The notes: a model not told the origin generated them from the sequence alone. Positions 26,917 through 36,869 are shown, numbered from the stretch's first letter. The stretch: 40,390 bases of DNA from Methanothrix sp. (GCA_040770465.1 JAXGJB010000022.1:1-40390); one strand, 5' to 3'. A program made the numbers and translations.

Positions 26917-29007
26917 ATGGGAAAGAATTCGACTATATTGAGCCTGGTTGCAGTCGTCGTCCTCTTTTTTGCCCCCTCCATCGGGCTGGACCGCGCCCGG
27001 GGATACGATGATGCCGACTGGTACCGCTCCGATCCTCCAGCTTCGCCGGAAGGGCTCTTCGACGAGGGCCCCTATTTCGGAGGGGAGGAGGCCGGAAGCA
27101 TCTGGATATCCGATGTCGCCGGGAATGGCCGAAGAACAAGCCTGGAGATCCCCATGGGGGTCTGGGGGAGGGTGATGATCTCGCCTTCCGAGACTGGCGA
27201 GCTATCGCTTTTCTGCAGGTATCCCACGGGAACCGTCGATAAGATTTCAGAGGGATATGTTGAGGCTGGCCGCGTCTATTCCGCCTGGTACCTGGCCGAA
27301 TGGCCGGGGAAGTATGAGGTCTGGTACGAACTGGGAGGAAACGAGAGCGAGAAGGTGGGGTTCAAAGTTCAGGCAGAGGCCTTCGAGGAGGAGGTGGTCG
27401 CTTTCCCCCCGCCCAGACGGGTTTCGGGAGGAAATCTCTTCGCGGAGGCTTCAGTTGAGGAGGCCGTTTTTGAGGCTGCTCCAGCCCCTTCCATCGGACT
27501 TGCGGTCGGCGGGGCCAAGGACATCGATAACTTCCGGGAGAACATCGATCAGGGCTACATGCCCCTCCCGACGGACGTCACCATCGAGGGGCTCTTCTAC
27601 GACTACTACTTTGATACCGGCGAGGTTGAGGCTTGCAATGAGCTCTTCTGCCCCTTTTACAGCTCAGCCATATCAAAAGACCCCATATCCGGAGAGGCAG
27701 AGCGTTACCTCTCCGTCGGCCTCAACTCGGGGATCACCAACTTCTCAAGGCCGAAGCTGAACCTGGTCATCGTCCTAGACTACTCCGGCTCCATGGGCAG
27801 CCCCCTCAGCGACTACTACTACGACGCGTTTGGAAGTATGGTAGAGGTCGACGAGGATGATGAGGGCCTGACCAGGACGAAGATGGAGATCGCAGACCAG
27901 GCTGTGGCCGACCTTCTGGGCCGCCTCGGGGATGATGATCGCTTCGGCCTCGTCGTATTCAGCGACGATGCCTACGTCGTCGAGCCACTCACCAGGGTCG
28001 ATGAGAAGAACCTCACCGCCATGGAAGAGGCCATCCTCAGCATCGAAGAATACTCCGGCACTAACATGGAGGCTGGGATGGAGAAAGGAACCTCAGCCTT
28101 CGGCAAGTATGTCGAGATCGATCCCGCTGATCGGGAGAACAGGATCGTCTTCGTCACCGACGCCATGCCGAACCTCGGCGAGACGGGGGAGGGCGGCCTT
28201 CTCAAAATCCTCCAGAATAACGCCGACCGGGGGATATACACCACCTTCATAGGGGTGGGGGTAGACTTCAACACCGAGCTCGTTGAGATGATCACCGGGG
28301 TCCGGGGTGCCAACTACTATTCGGTCCACTCGGGGGGCGAGTTCGAAGAGAGGATGGACGAGGAGTTCGACTTCATGGTGACGCCGCTCGTCTTCGACCT
28401 TCACCTCAGGCTGGACGCTCCAGGCTACAGGATAGAGGAGATCTACGGGTCGCCGGAGGCCGAAGAGGCGACGGGCGAGATCATGACCGTCAACACCCTC
28501 TTCCCCACCAGGGCCGAAGAGGGAGAGGTGAAGGGCGGGATCATACTGATCAAGCTCAACCAGACCTCCGACGGCGACAACCTGACCCTGAAGGTCAGCT
28601 ATCGGGACAGGAACGGGACGTTGGACGGAGAAGAGGCTCAGGTGATCTTCCCGGTGGCGGAGCCCGACTTCTACGACAACAGCGGCATCCGGAAGGCTAT
28701 CCTTCTATCGAGGTACGCAGACCTTCTGAAGAACTGGATAATCGATGAGAGGGAGGCCCTGGATAATGGGAGGTCCATCGAGCCCTCGGTCACTCCGGAG
28801 GGCGGGATCGTGGTGCCGGGGACCGTAGAGCTGGGCCGGTGGGAGCGGCAGTCGATGCCGCTAACAGTATCGGAGCCCTACAGAAACCTCTTTTTGGCCT
28901 TCGGAGCCCACTTCGAGAACGAGAGCGAAGTTCTGGGGGACCCGGACCTCCAGCAGGAGGAGGTGGTCCTCGAGAAGCTGAGCCGACGCCAGGGAGATGA
29001 AAGCTGA
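26917..29007 (+). CDS. Secreted VWA domain protein (YfbK-like) with an extra N-terminal beta domain
   Basis: Signal peptide; GGAKDIDNFRENI, EGLFYDYYF, LNLVIVLDYSGSM, GTNMEAG and VTDAMPN. Confidence 0.9.
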   Translation: MGKNSTILSLVAVVVLFFAPSIGLDRARGYDDADWYRSDPPASPEGLFDEGPYFGGEEAGSIWISDVAGNGRRTSLEIPMGVWGRVMISPSETGELSLFCRYPTGTVDKISEGYVEAGRVYSAWYLAEWPGKYEVWYELGGNESEKVGFKVQAEAFEEEVVAFPPPRRVSGGNLFAEASVEEAVFEAAPAPSIGLAVGGAKDIDNFRENIDQGYMPLPTDVTIEGLFYDYYFDTGEVEACNELFCPFYSSAISKDPISGEAERYLSVGLNSGITNFSRPKLNLVIVLDYSGSMGSPLSDYYYDAFGSMVEVDEDDEGLTRTKMEIADQAVADLLGRLGDDDRFGLVVFSDDAYVVEPLTRVDEKNLTAMEEAILSIEEYSGTNMEAGMEKGTSAFGKYVEIDPADRENRIVFVTDAMPNLGETGEGGLLKILQNNADRGIYTTFIGVGVDFNTELVEMITGVRGANYYSVHSGGEFEERMDEEFDFMVTPLVFDLHLRLDAPGYRIEEIYGSPEAEEATGEIMTVNTLFPTRAEEGEVKGGIILIKLNQTSDGDNLTLKVSYRDRNGTLDGEEAQVIFPVAEPDFYDNSGIRKAILLSRYADLLKNWIIDEREALDNGRSIEPSVTPEGGIVVPGTVELGRWERQSMPLTVSEPYRNLFLAFGAHFENESEVLGDPDLQQEEVVLEKLSRRQGDES

Positions 29008-29252
29008 TAGGCGAGATTGGTCACTGGCCCACGGACCTGGGCGCGGAGAGCGTCCCGGGCTGGGTGCTTGCGAAAGTTCCGAGGAGCTGGGAGCCGCCAT
29101 CTCGGCATTCCGGTGGCATGATCAGAAGACGGCGGATCTTCTCACCTGGCCGCCGTCCGGCTCTTAATCTTCCAAGGCCTGCTGGCATCCATGCTTTCGA
29201 TCGGCGATCCGGCGATTTCGATGGAGTGCGGCTCGGCCGCACTGCATCCATC

Positions 29253-29684
29253 TCACTCGTCGTCAGTCGACGAATATCCCAAGTCAACGGATTCCGGATC
29301 TACCGGTTCGAATAGCATATTCTCGTCGATCTCGGCCAGCGCCTTTTCACAGAGATCCACGTTCTCCAACAAAAGAGCGCCGTACCAGGTTAGGAAGTAC
29401 TTTCCATCCACGAGCTTGACGACGTCCAGGTTTCTCATGGATATCAGCTCGTGGTTGAGCTTGTTTCGGTCCAAACCGGTATCGGTCTGGAGGTCTCCAA
29501 AAACCCGGCCGGTTCGGTCGTCGTACAAAATTCTGGCTATGATCTTCGAGCTGTTCTTGTAGAGTTTTCCCATGGCCTTTGACACGTCGCATGTCTTTCT
29601 CCCCGCAAGGTCGGTGCCAGCAACTGCGAGGTTTCCTCCTGCCATCAGAAGAATAATCAGCATGAACGGACCGATTCGTTTCAT
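29253..29684 (-). CDS. Winged-helix (ArsR-like) protein with a signal-peptide-like N-terminus
   Basis: GGAGG RBS; hydrophobic N-terminus MKRIGPFMLIILLMAGGNLAVA; FGDLQTDTGLDRNKLNHEL..M...DVVKLVDGKYFLTWYG helix-turn-helix plus wing pattern; acidic tail. Confidence 0.65.
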   Translation of the reverse strand: MKRIGPFMLIILLMAGGNLAVAGTDLAGRKTCDVSKAMGKLYKNSSKIIARILYDDRTGRVFGDLQTDTGLDRNKLNHELISMRNLDVVKLVDGKYFLTWYGALLLENVDLCEKALAEIDENMLFEPVDPESVDLGYSSTDDE

Positions 29685-29856
29685 TTATGCTTCCTCCTGC
29701 ACTCAACATCACATAAATGATCAATCTTCTATATAAGAATGTCGGATGGTTTGACATTTGGATATTCAGCACATCGAACCATTTGATAACCCGACAGATT
29801 TAAGTATTTGTGCCGACTATATTCTTCTTAAAAGTAATCTGGGGTGATAAGAGAAT

Positions 29857-30150
29857 ATGCCAGACATCCGCCCTTCGCGGGCCATCATAGAGGCGATAGA
29901 CCAAAACCTGCTGACTAGCTTCGATACGCTGGCAGATAAGCTGGACAGGTACCCGGGAATGCCGCTTGACGAGGGTGGGGGATCGATATCCTCCACCCTT
30001 GCAGACGGCGAGCTTCGGACGATGTTGACGCTTATCTTTTTTTACATGCTGGAGGAGAAGATGTCCCGGGGATCTCTGAGAGAGATAGGGATTTCCGGCT
30101 TAATTTCGCTGGTGGAGCAGATGGTCAAAGACGCAATCTTTAATTTTTAA
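29857..30150 (+). CDS. Small helical hypothetical protein, divergent from the wHTH gene
   Basis: GGGGTGA RBS, ATG start, TTTAAGTA TATA-like box upstream and an AT-rich terminator-like tract after the stop. Confidence 0.6.
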   Translation: MPDIRPSRAIIEAIDQNLLTSFDTLADKLDRYPGMPLDEGGGSISSTLADGELRTMLTLIFFYMLEEKMSRGSLREIGISGLISLVEQMVKDAIFNF

Positions 30151-30282
30151 GCTATATTTTTTATAAAATTTTCTATGCCGTTCTATCCTAGGGGTCCGAA
30201 CTCTGCCCTCTGTTCGCCTGCCCTGGATCAGCGAATGCCGGCGAAAGTCTTGAAATCGGAACCGGATCGAAAGAGGCGCTCA

Positions 30283-32238
30283 TCAATTCCGGCCGTCGCC
30301 CTCCATCTCGACGACATCTCCGGGATCGCCGAACCTTGCCCTCATCTCGTAGACGCCGTCCTCCTCCCAGACCTTCTCAAGGGCGAAGCCCATCTTCTGG
30401 AACATCCAGAAGATGCGGCTGTTGGTGGTGAGGACCTCCGCCACAAACCCGAGGATCCCCTGCTTTTTCGCCAGGTAGGCGAGGCGGGCGAGGATCTCTC
30501 TTCCCACCCCCTGTCTCTGATAATCGTCCCTCACCACGTAGGCGACCTCGGCGGTCATCGTCTCGCCGAAGAGGCCGTACTGGCCGATCCCGACGACCGT
30601 CTCCTTTCCGGCATTTCCCGTCTCTCCGTCCACCACCGTCGCCAGGATCACCATCTTCTTCGAGTAGTCGATGACGGCGAACTCCTGGAGCCATCGGTGG
30701 GATAGCTCCTTTTTTGCGGTCATGAACCTGCTGTAGAGGCTCTCGTCGGAGAGGGCGTGGAAGAACTCCTTGAGGAGGGGCTCGTCGGTGATCTTGACTG
30801 GGCGGAGGAGGATGGCAAGCCCCGATTTCGTCGTCCTTCTGATCTCGAGGTCCTCGGGGTAGATCCCGGCCTCGCCGGGGACGAAGGCCTGATCCGGGTA
30901 GATCAAATTCAGCCTCTTCGCCTCCGAGATCAGCCAGGGGCGGTGGGAGGGATCGGCGATGGAGATCAGGTCCATCGCCCTCTCCCGGACGTTCTTGCCG
31001 TGGAGGTAGGCGATCCCGTGCTCTGTGACGACGTAGTGGACGTCGCCTCGGCCCAGGGTCACGCCGGAGCCGGGAGAGAGCGAGGGGACGATCCGGGAGG
31101 TTCTGCCGCCGTCGGCGGTCGATGGCAGGGCGAGGATCGACTTTCCTCCCGGAGCCAGAACTGAGCCGCGCATGAAGTCGGCCTGGCCTCCGATCCCGCT
31201 GTAGTGGGCGCCACCCAAAGATTCGGCCGTCGCCTGGCCCGAGAGGTCGATCTCGATGCAGCTGTTGATCGCCGTCATCCCCCGGTTCTTGGCGATCACC
31301 AGAGGGCTATTGGTGTAGTCGATGGACCTGAACTCGACGAGGGGGTTGTCGTCCAGGAACCTGTAAGTCCTCTCCATCCCCATGCAGAAGGAGGCGACGG
31401 CTTTTCCCCGATCGATCGTTTTCCTGGAGTTGTCGACGACCCCCGACCGCATCAGGTCCGCGAGGCCGTCGGTGAAGAGCTCGGAGTGGACCCCCAGGTG
31501 CGTTTTGCCAGCGAGGTTCGATAAAATCGCGTTGGGGACCGACCCGTATCCCACCTGGATGGTGGAGCCGTCCTCGACGAGCCGGGCGACATAGCTGCCG
31601 ATCCTCTGGGCGATCTCGCCACTGACCGGATCCTGATATTCGAGAAGCGGCTCGTCGCAGTAGACCAGGTAATCGACGTCGTCGACGCTGACAAACCCGT
31701 CGCCGTGGACCCGAGGCATCCGGGGGTTGACCTGGGCGACGACGATCCCCGCAGCCTCCACCGCCGATTTGACGATGTCGACGCTGATCCCCAGGCTCAT
31801 GAGGCCGTGCCGGTCCGGCGGCGAGGTCTGGATGAGGGCGACGTCGATGGGGGTCGCACCCTTCCGAAAGAGCGCCGGGACCTCCGAGAGGAATATCGGG
31901 GTGTAGTCGGCGGCGCCCCGGTTGATGGCCCCTCTGCTCCGCGACCCGACGAAGAAGGAGTTGAGCCTGAAGTTCTCCCGAAACTTCTCCTCGGCGCAAG
32001 GAGCGATCCCCAGGGTCCAGACGTGGATCATCTCGGCGCCGAAAAGGGAGTTTGGCCTCTTCTCGACGTATCGCTTCAGGGCTCCGACCAGGTACTGGGG
32101 CTCGCCGCAGCCGGTCCCAACGAAGATCCGGTCGCCGGGGTGGATCTTCTCGAAGATGGCGTTCTCCGGCCAGAACTTCTTCGGCCACCTCTTCTTCATC
32201 TCATCGACTGAGCTTTTGTCGTCCGGATAGAGCGCCAA
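30283..32238 (-). CDS. Acetyl-CoA hydrolase/CoA-transferase (Cat2-like) fused to a C-terminal GNAT acetyltransferase
   Basis: GCGEP, ADYTPIFLSEVP, SPPDRHG, LGVHSE (catalytic Glu), GIGGQADF and VVTEHG. The GNAT part has LLRPV...DEPLLKEFF..LSDESLYSRF and AEVAYVVRDDYQRQGVG. Confidence 0.92.
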   Translation of the reverse strand: MALYPDDKSSVDEMKKRWPKKFWPENAIFEKIHPGDRIFVGTGCGEPQYLVGALKRYVEKRPNSLFGAEMIHVWTLGIAPCAEEKFRENFRLNSFFVGSRSRGAINRGAADYTPIFLSEVPALFRKGATPIDVALIQTSPPDRHGLMSLGISVDIVKSAVEAAGIVVAQVNPRMPRVHGDGFVSVDDVDYLVYCDEPLLEYQDPVSGEIAQRIGSYVARLVEDGSTIQVGYGSVPNAILSNLAGKTHLGVHSELFTDGLADLMRSGVVDNSRKTIDRGKAVASFCMGMERTYRFLDDNPLVEFRSIDYTNSPLVIAKNRGMTAINSCIEIDLSGQATAESLGGAHYSGIGGQADFMRGSVLAPGGKSILALPSTADGGRTSRIVPSLSPGSGVTLGRGDVHYVVTEHGIAYLHGKNVRERAMDLISIADPSHRPWLISEAKRLNLIYPDQAFVPGEAGIYPEDLEIRRTTKSGLAILLRPVKITDEPLLKEFFHALSDESLYSRFMTAKKELSHRWLQEFAVIDYSKKMVILATVVDGETGNAGKETVVGIGQYGLFGETMTAEVAYVVRDDYQRQGVGREILARLAYLAKKQGILGFVAEVLTTNSRIFWMFQKMGFALEKVWEEDGVYEMRARFGDPGDVVEMEGDGRN

Positions 32239-32361
32239 CGCCTGCGACCTCCTGTGATCTGGCCGAAAGGCCCCCGCGAAAACTGAGGGCGGGCGGGGTT
32301 TCGGCAGGGATAAATATTGGTGAAGGTGATATTTATCGATGTTGGTATAAAAATGACTTAA

Positions 32362-32951
32362 TTAATCATGGAGGACTTCGAGTGAAATCCGACTATCCAT
32401 CACGCCCCGAACCTTGGGGTTGCTGCTGGACATCCGACCGAAGTACCGGTTATAAGCCCCGAAGCCGTGGGTAAGAGGAAGGAAGACTATCCATTCGTAG
32501 GGGTCTAGTTCGGTGCGAATACCAGTGGCAGCTTCCACCTTCTCCTTGAATAGAGACGCGTCGCCTCCTTTTACCCATAGACAGTCCACGATGCCGTGGA
32601 GCACTTCAAGATCCATCGTCTCGGCGATCTGCTTAGCATTGAGCTGCGGCTCCCTTGAGGTTGAGGTGATTGCCTTGTGGACCTCGATCCACCCGAACTT
32701 CGCATTCTTGTAGCCGGTATATCGAAACAGGTTACCAGCAACCTTTTCAGCACAGAGTCGAGGCCTTTGTACCTGGAATCGACCTTCTTCAGCTTCTTGG
32801 TCTTGAGCCTCAGATCCAGCAGCGGCTCGATAACGGAGCTTAGAAATCCAGGTTTACTGGACCAATCCAATTTCTCAGGTGATAAGTTGTAGTTGACTAT
32901 GATGGATGGGTAAAACGAGGTGAAGTCAAGCTCGTTAGCGTTTTCGTGGAA
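32362..32951 (-). pseudogene. Internal fragment of a family B DNA polymerase (archaeal PolB2-type), frameshifted
   Basis: ELDFTSFYPSIIVNYNLSPE (motif A), then KRLLVTCF, a 1-nt loss near 32723, then (G)YTGYKNAKFG, HGIVDCLWV and AYNRYFG. N- and C-termini are missing. Confidence 0.88.
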
Positions 32952-32964
32952 TCAATGGATATTT

Positions 32965-34848
32965 TTAGTCCATGTTAATCGATTTTACTTTCTCTTCACG
33001 AACCAAATTTGCACATTTTGTCAAATCTTCCCAGCATCCTGGAGAAGTTTTTATTTTTTTGCTTATATATCCCTTAAATATAGAATCGTCATCCATATTT
33101 AGAAGATGCTTATTTAATTCTTCAAAACTTTTCTGTTCTTCTTTGTATATTTTTAGAGAAACTGCATCCAATCTGTCATTCATAAGGACTATGGATGCGC
33201 CGATATCCGGATTTGGTTCTGCCCGATCTACAACCCATCCACCTGTGTTATGCACAACGACAGGAACTTTATTGGTATTACCGTTTTCTATTTGGAGTTT
33301 CTCGAATCTTTCATCTGGTTTATGGGTGTGTCCATATATGAATACCAGCTCTGGGATCACATTTGGGTCATAATGAAGTGCGTCTCTTGCTTGGGGCCAA
33401 GATAATTTTAGAAATTGGCTCAATCTAGCCTTAAGATCCTCGTCATCCATCTTGATAGTACTCTTCCGATTTCTTGTATTTGTTATAAATTGGATCACGG
33501 GTAAGAAGGTATCAAAAAGCTTAAAAAAATCTTTAATAATTTTATTTTTAAACACATTTCTGGGCATCATAATAAGACCCGATTTATTAGTTTTCTTTGT
33601 AAAATTGCTTTGAATTTCTTTTGAAATATCTCCTAGTTTATTAGGATTATTTATCACTTCCCATATCCTTTTTACCGTATCGCCCGCAGCCCCAGATCGG
33701 CCCAGAGTAGACCACATGAAGTCAATCCAAGCAAAATTCTCTCGTTCAAGGGTATCTAGATCACTCGGAAATTCTGCATTTGTTAGAATATAATTTAAAT
33801 AGCTTATAAGATAATAAGGCGGTTCTGTAAAATGACCATGATGCAAAATTGCGCATCTCTTACATCTCCTATTTTCCATACCATTATCCACTGATCGAAT
33901 TATATAATTAGGATATGATATCCGGATTTTTAAATCTTTGCTGAATAAGCTTTTTTTTAAGCTTTTCTTTAGTTGACGGTTTTTACCAGGAATCACAGGT
34001 TGCATTTCCTCCTTTTCCCTATATCGCCTATGGCGATTTATTAAGCTAGGTAGGAAGAAATTGCATTCATCTAGATGTGTTCCTGGAATCATTCCGGTAT
34101 TATGTCGCGGTTCAGGGAACTCACTTAAATTAGATCCTTTAATATCATCGCCATATTGAGTCTCCCTGGCAATCTCCCAAATATGGTGGTCATGATTTCC
34201 AGGAATGAATATAATTTCATTGCCAAAAAGCACTTTATAACCCATGATCCCTTGCATAAATTTATCGAAAATCATCGATGAGGCACCAATCTCTCCAAGA
34301 GCAAGATCGAGTATATCCCCATTCAATATCAATGTTGGACGAGCTTGATCTTTAAGAAGGCTTTCCAGGCAGTTGATAAGACATTCCATGACTTCGCTCT
34401 GATCAAATTCATATATTTTCAATTTGCCATTGTCTGATTTCACATAAAATTGCTTTTTTATAATACCATTGATTTCCAAGAATACTTGTTTTTTCTTATC
34501 GTCAAGTTTTAAAATGATCGTTTTCTCACGGTTATTTCTCTTATCGTCACGTCTTATTATCGTTTTCTCACGAATATTTCTATTATCGAGCATAATTTTC
34601 TCATATGATATATTATCTTTTTCAGATAAAACAATAGTATGATAATCAAGTTTATTTATATAAGCATCATTTTTAAAACTTATGTTATATTCAACTTTAA
34701 GCAAATCAGTAAGCCGTTTCTTTTCTTTGATCGAAATATTATCCCAGCAGAAAATATATTTGAATTTATTTAACAAACTTTTCTCGTCACCAAAGTGCAA
34801 ATCTGATAGAATTACATATTTAATCTCGTTATTTACTGAAGTACTCAT
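32965..34848 (-). CDS. Calcineurin-like metallophosphoesterase, AT-rich, with a large insertion
   Basis: All five motifs are present: SDLH, GDILD, GNHD, HHGH and GHTH, followed by NTGGW. The gene is visibly much more AT-rich than its flanks. Confidence 0.88.
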   Translation of the reverse strand: MSTSVNNEIKYVILSDLHFGDEKSLLNKFKYIFCWDNISIKEKKRLTDLLKVEYNISFKNDAYINKLDYHTIVLSEKDNISYEKIMLDNRNIREKTIIRRDDKRNNREKTIILKLDDKKKQVFLEINGIIKKQFYVKSDNGKLKIYEFDQSEVMECLINCLESLLKDQARPTLILNGDILDLALGEIGASSMIFDKFMQGIMGYKVLFGNEIIFIPGNHDHHIWEIARETQYGDDIKGSNLSEFPEPRHNTGMIPGTHLDECNFFLPSLINRHRRYREKEEMQPVIPGKNRQLKKSLKKSLFSKDLKIRISYPNYIIRSVDNGMENRRCKRCAILHHGHFTEPPYYLISYLNYILTNAEFPSDLDTLERENFAWIDFMWSTLGRSGAAGDTVKRIWEVINNPNKLGDISKEIQSNFTKKTNKSGLIMMPRNVFKNKIIKDFFKLFDTFLPVIQFITNTRNRKSTIKMDDEDLKARLSQFLKLSWPQARDALHYDPNVIPELVFIYGHTHKPDERFEKLQIENGNTNKVPVVVHNTGGWVVDRAEPNPDIGASIVLMNDRLDAVSLKIYKEEQKSFEELNKHLLNMDDDSIFKGYISKKIKTSPGCWEDLTKCANLVREEKVKSINMD

Positions 34849-35517
34849 TTTAAATCACCTTTTGGAAAGCTAGATTACATTATCATCTATTATAATAGAT
34901 AAAACTTTCTACGATGTAACAGAAGAGGCGAGTTCGCATTACAGGATGACCAAATAGCAGCCGAATGTCAGGCCGACGACGAAAACTCGCCAATGGTAAA
35001 CCAAAAGATTACAGAACAGTCTTGCAGACCACCGATTTTAGAGATGCCCGAATAAGTGAGAAGCGTAGCTTATCCTACAAATTGTAAGGCTGTAGACAAC
35101 GTAGCGGGCAGTTGCCGCCCCGGAGACCAAGGGCAAGCTATAAGTGCTGAATTCCAATACCAACCCCACACGTCAATTCGATCTACCGGTATTTTATTCC
35201 AAGCGCTAAAGGGTGGAGTATGCTTCGGGGCCGCACGCCCGGTATTCAGGATTTCAGAAATCTTTGAGTCGTTGTTGCCCAAATTTCCTGACCTGCAAGA
35301 TAGGTCCTTTACTCTCAGTTTACTCAGAATCGTGGCCCTCCGGGCCTCCCGAAGTAATAATCCCCGTCGTTCCCTTTACTCAAGCACATCAGTTAGATCC
35401 TTGAGGATAGAAGGTTTTTGATCCTTCCGCCGCCCGCTCTCACCTCCCTTGCCGTACCTCCCTTCCGATCCGTTTATCAATCCCCAGAGACAAGATACCC
35501 TTTTGGAGTGAACAAAA

Positions 35518-36093
35518 ATGAAGAGCTTGAAAGGAACCGAGACTGAAAAGAACATCCTCACCGCATTCTCCGGAGAATCCCAGGCGAGAAACCGGTACAA
35601 CTTCTTCGCCTCCCAGGCCAAGAAGGAGGGCTTCGAGCAGATCTCCGCCATCTTCGCCGACACTGCCGAGAACGAGAAGGAGCACGCCAAAAGGCTCTTT
35701 AAGTTCCTCGAAGGCGGCGAGGTCGAGATCACTGGAGCATTCCCCGCCGGGGTCATCGGAAAGACCGTCGACAACCTCCGGGACGCGGCCGCCGGCGAGA
35801 ACCACGAGTACTCCTCCATGTACCCCGAGTTCGCCGACAAGGCCGACCTTGAGGGCTTCCCCGAGATCGCCGAGACGATGAGGTCGATCGCCAAAGCGGA
35901 GATGGGCCACGAGGCAAGGTTTCTCGCCCTCAAAAAGAACATCGAGACCGGTCAGGTCTTCAAGCGGCCGGGAACGGTCAGATGGAGATGCAGAAACTGC
36001 GGCTACATCCACGAGGGCGCCGAGGCCCCGGAGGAGTGCCCCGCCTGCGCCCACGAGAAGGCTTACTTCGAGCTCCTCGCCGAGAACTACTGA
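35518..36093 (+). CDS. rbr: Rubrerythrin
   Basis: GESQARNRY, ENEKEHA, GENHE, MYPEFA and AEMGH diiron motifs; C-terminal CRNCG...CPAC rubredoxin-like domain. Confidence 0.96.
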   Translation: MKSLKGTETEKNILTAFSGESQARNRYNFFASQAKKEGFEQISAIFADTAENEKEHAKRLFKFLEGGEVEITGAFPAGVIGKTVDNLRDAAAGENHEYSSMYPEFADKADLEGFPEIAETMRSIAKAEMGHEARFLALKKNIETGQVFKRPGTVRWRCRNCGYIHEGAEAPEECPACAHEKAYFELLAENY

Positions 36094-36341
36094 TCGGGGT
36101 ATTCGAGGGCTCGGGCCAATATTCAGTCCCAGGTTCGGGCTCGGGTGAATTCGGGAGGGCTAGGCGCGGGTCCGGTGGAAGCCGGGGCGCCTCCCATCGC
36201 CACCCACCTTCCAGCCCTCCATTCTATTTTTCCCGACTTATCCGTCACTTTTGATCCCGCCTCGTGTAGTCCCGATAACTATAAATTATGAAACCTAATA
36301 AGTAAACTATAGGCTACTGTAGCCGATAAGGAGGTAAAAAT

Positions 36342-36824
36342 ATGGAAAATAAATCAATACTTTTGGTAGGGGTTTATTTTTTGATCGCGGGTGCGTATGC
36401 AGGCGGAGTTCCGCCTGACATAAGACTCTATATAGAAGGTCCGACGGACGAATTTCAGGGTCAAGGCTGTAACGATTCGGTTTCGTATCTGGTCAGAGTG
36501 TATAATTACGGAACGGATTCTGTTGCAGGAAATTTGGATGTAGATCTGGTTGGAATGAACTTGCATGTGGCGAGTTGCACGGACTGGCTTGGGAATATGG
36601 GGACTCCTAATGTTGAAGGTATCGGATCAGGTTCGTTACCAACCGACCCGGATTGGGCGATAAGATGGCACGTCGGAGATTTAGAATATGAAGAGGAATA
36701 TGATCTATTAGTGACTTTTTGTATATTGGATGAGAATTTTTACACCATTGATGGCACTGCTGGTTATTTTTATGAGGGAGCTTGGAACTCTGTGAGGGCT
36801 ATAAAGAGGGAGTGGGCGTATTAA
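36342..36824 (+). CDS. Secreted hypothetical protein (beta-rich, Ig/DUF11-like), AT-rich
   Basis: AAGGAGGT RBS; signal peptide MENKSILLVGVYFLIAGAYA; VSYLVRVYNYG and IRWHVGDL strand pattern. Confidence 0.7.
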   Translation: MENKSILLVGVYFLIAGAYAGGVPPDIRLYIEGPTDEFQGQGCNDSVSYLVRVYNYGTDSVAGNLDVDLVGMNLHVASCTDWLGNMGTPNVEGIGSGSLPTDPDWAIRWHVGDLEYEEEYDLLVTFCILDENFYTIDGTAGYFYEGAWNSVRAIKREWAY

Positions 36825-36869
36825 AACGTTCCTTTGGCAACAAGGTGTAAACTCCACCTCAAGATGATT

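Noticed and set aside
34411-34758. Intein as the explanation for the phosphoesterase insertion
   Set aside because: No N-terminal Cys/Ser block, no His-Asn end followed by C/S/T, and no LAGLIDADG motif.
34900-35420. Short ORFs between the phosphoesterase and rubrerythrin genes
   Set aside because: No RBS or motif support in any frame; probably decayed or non-coding sequence.
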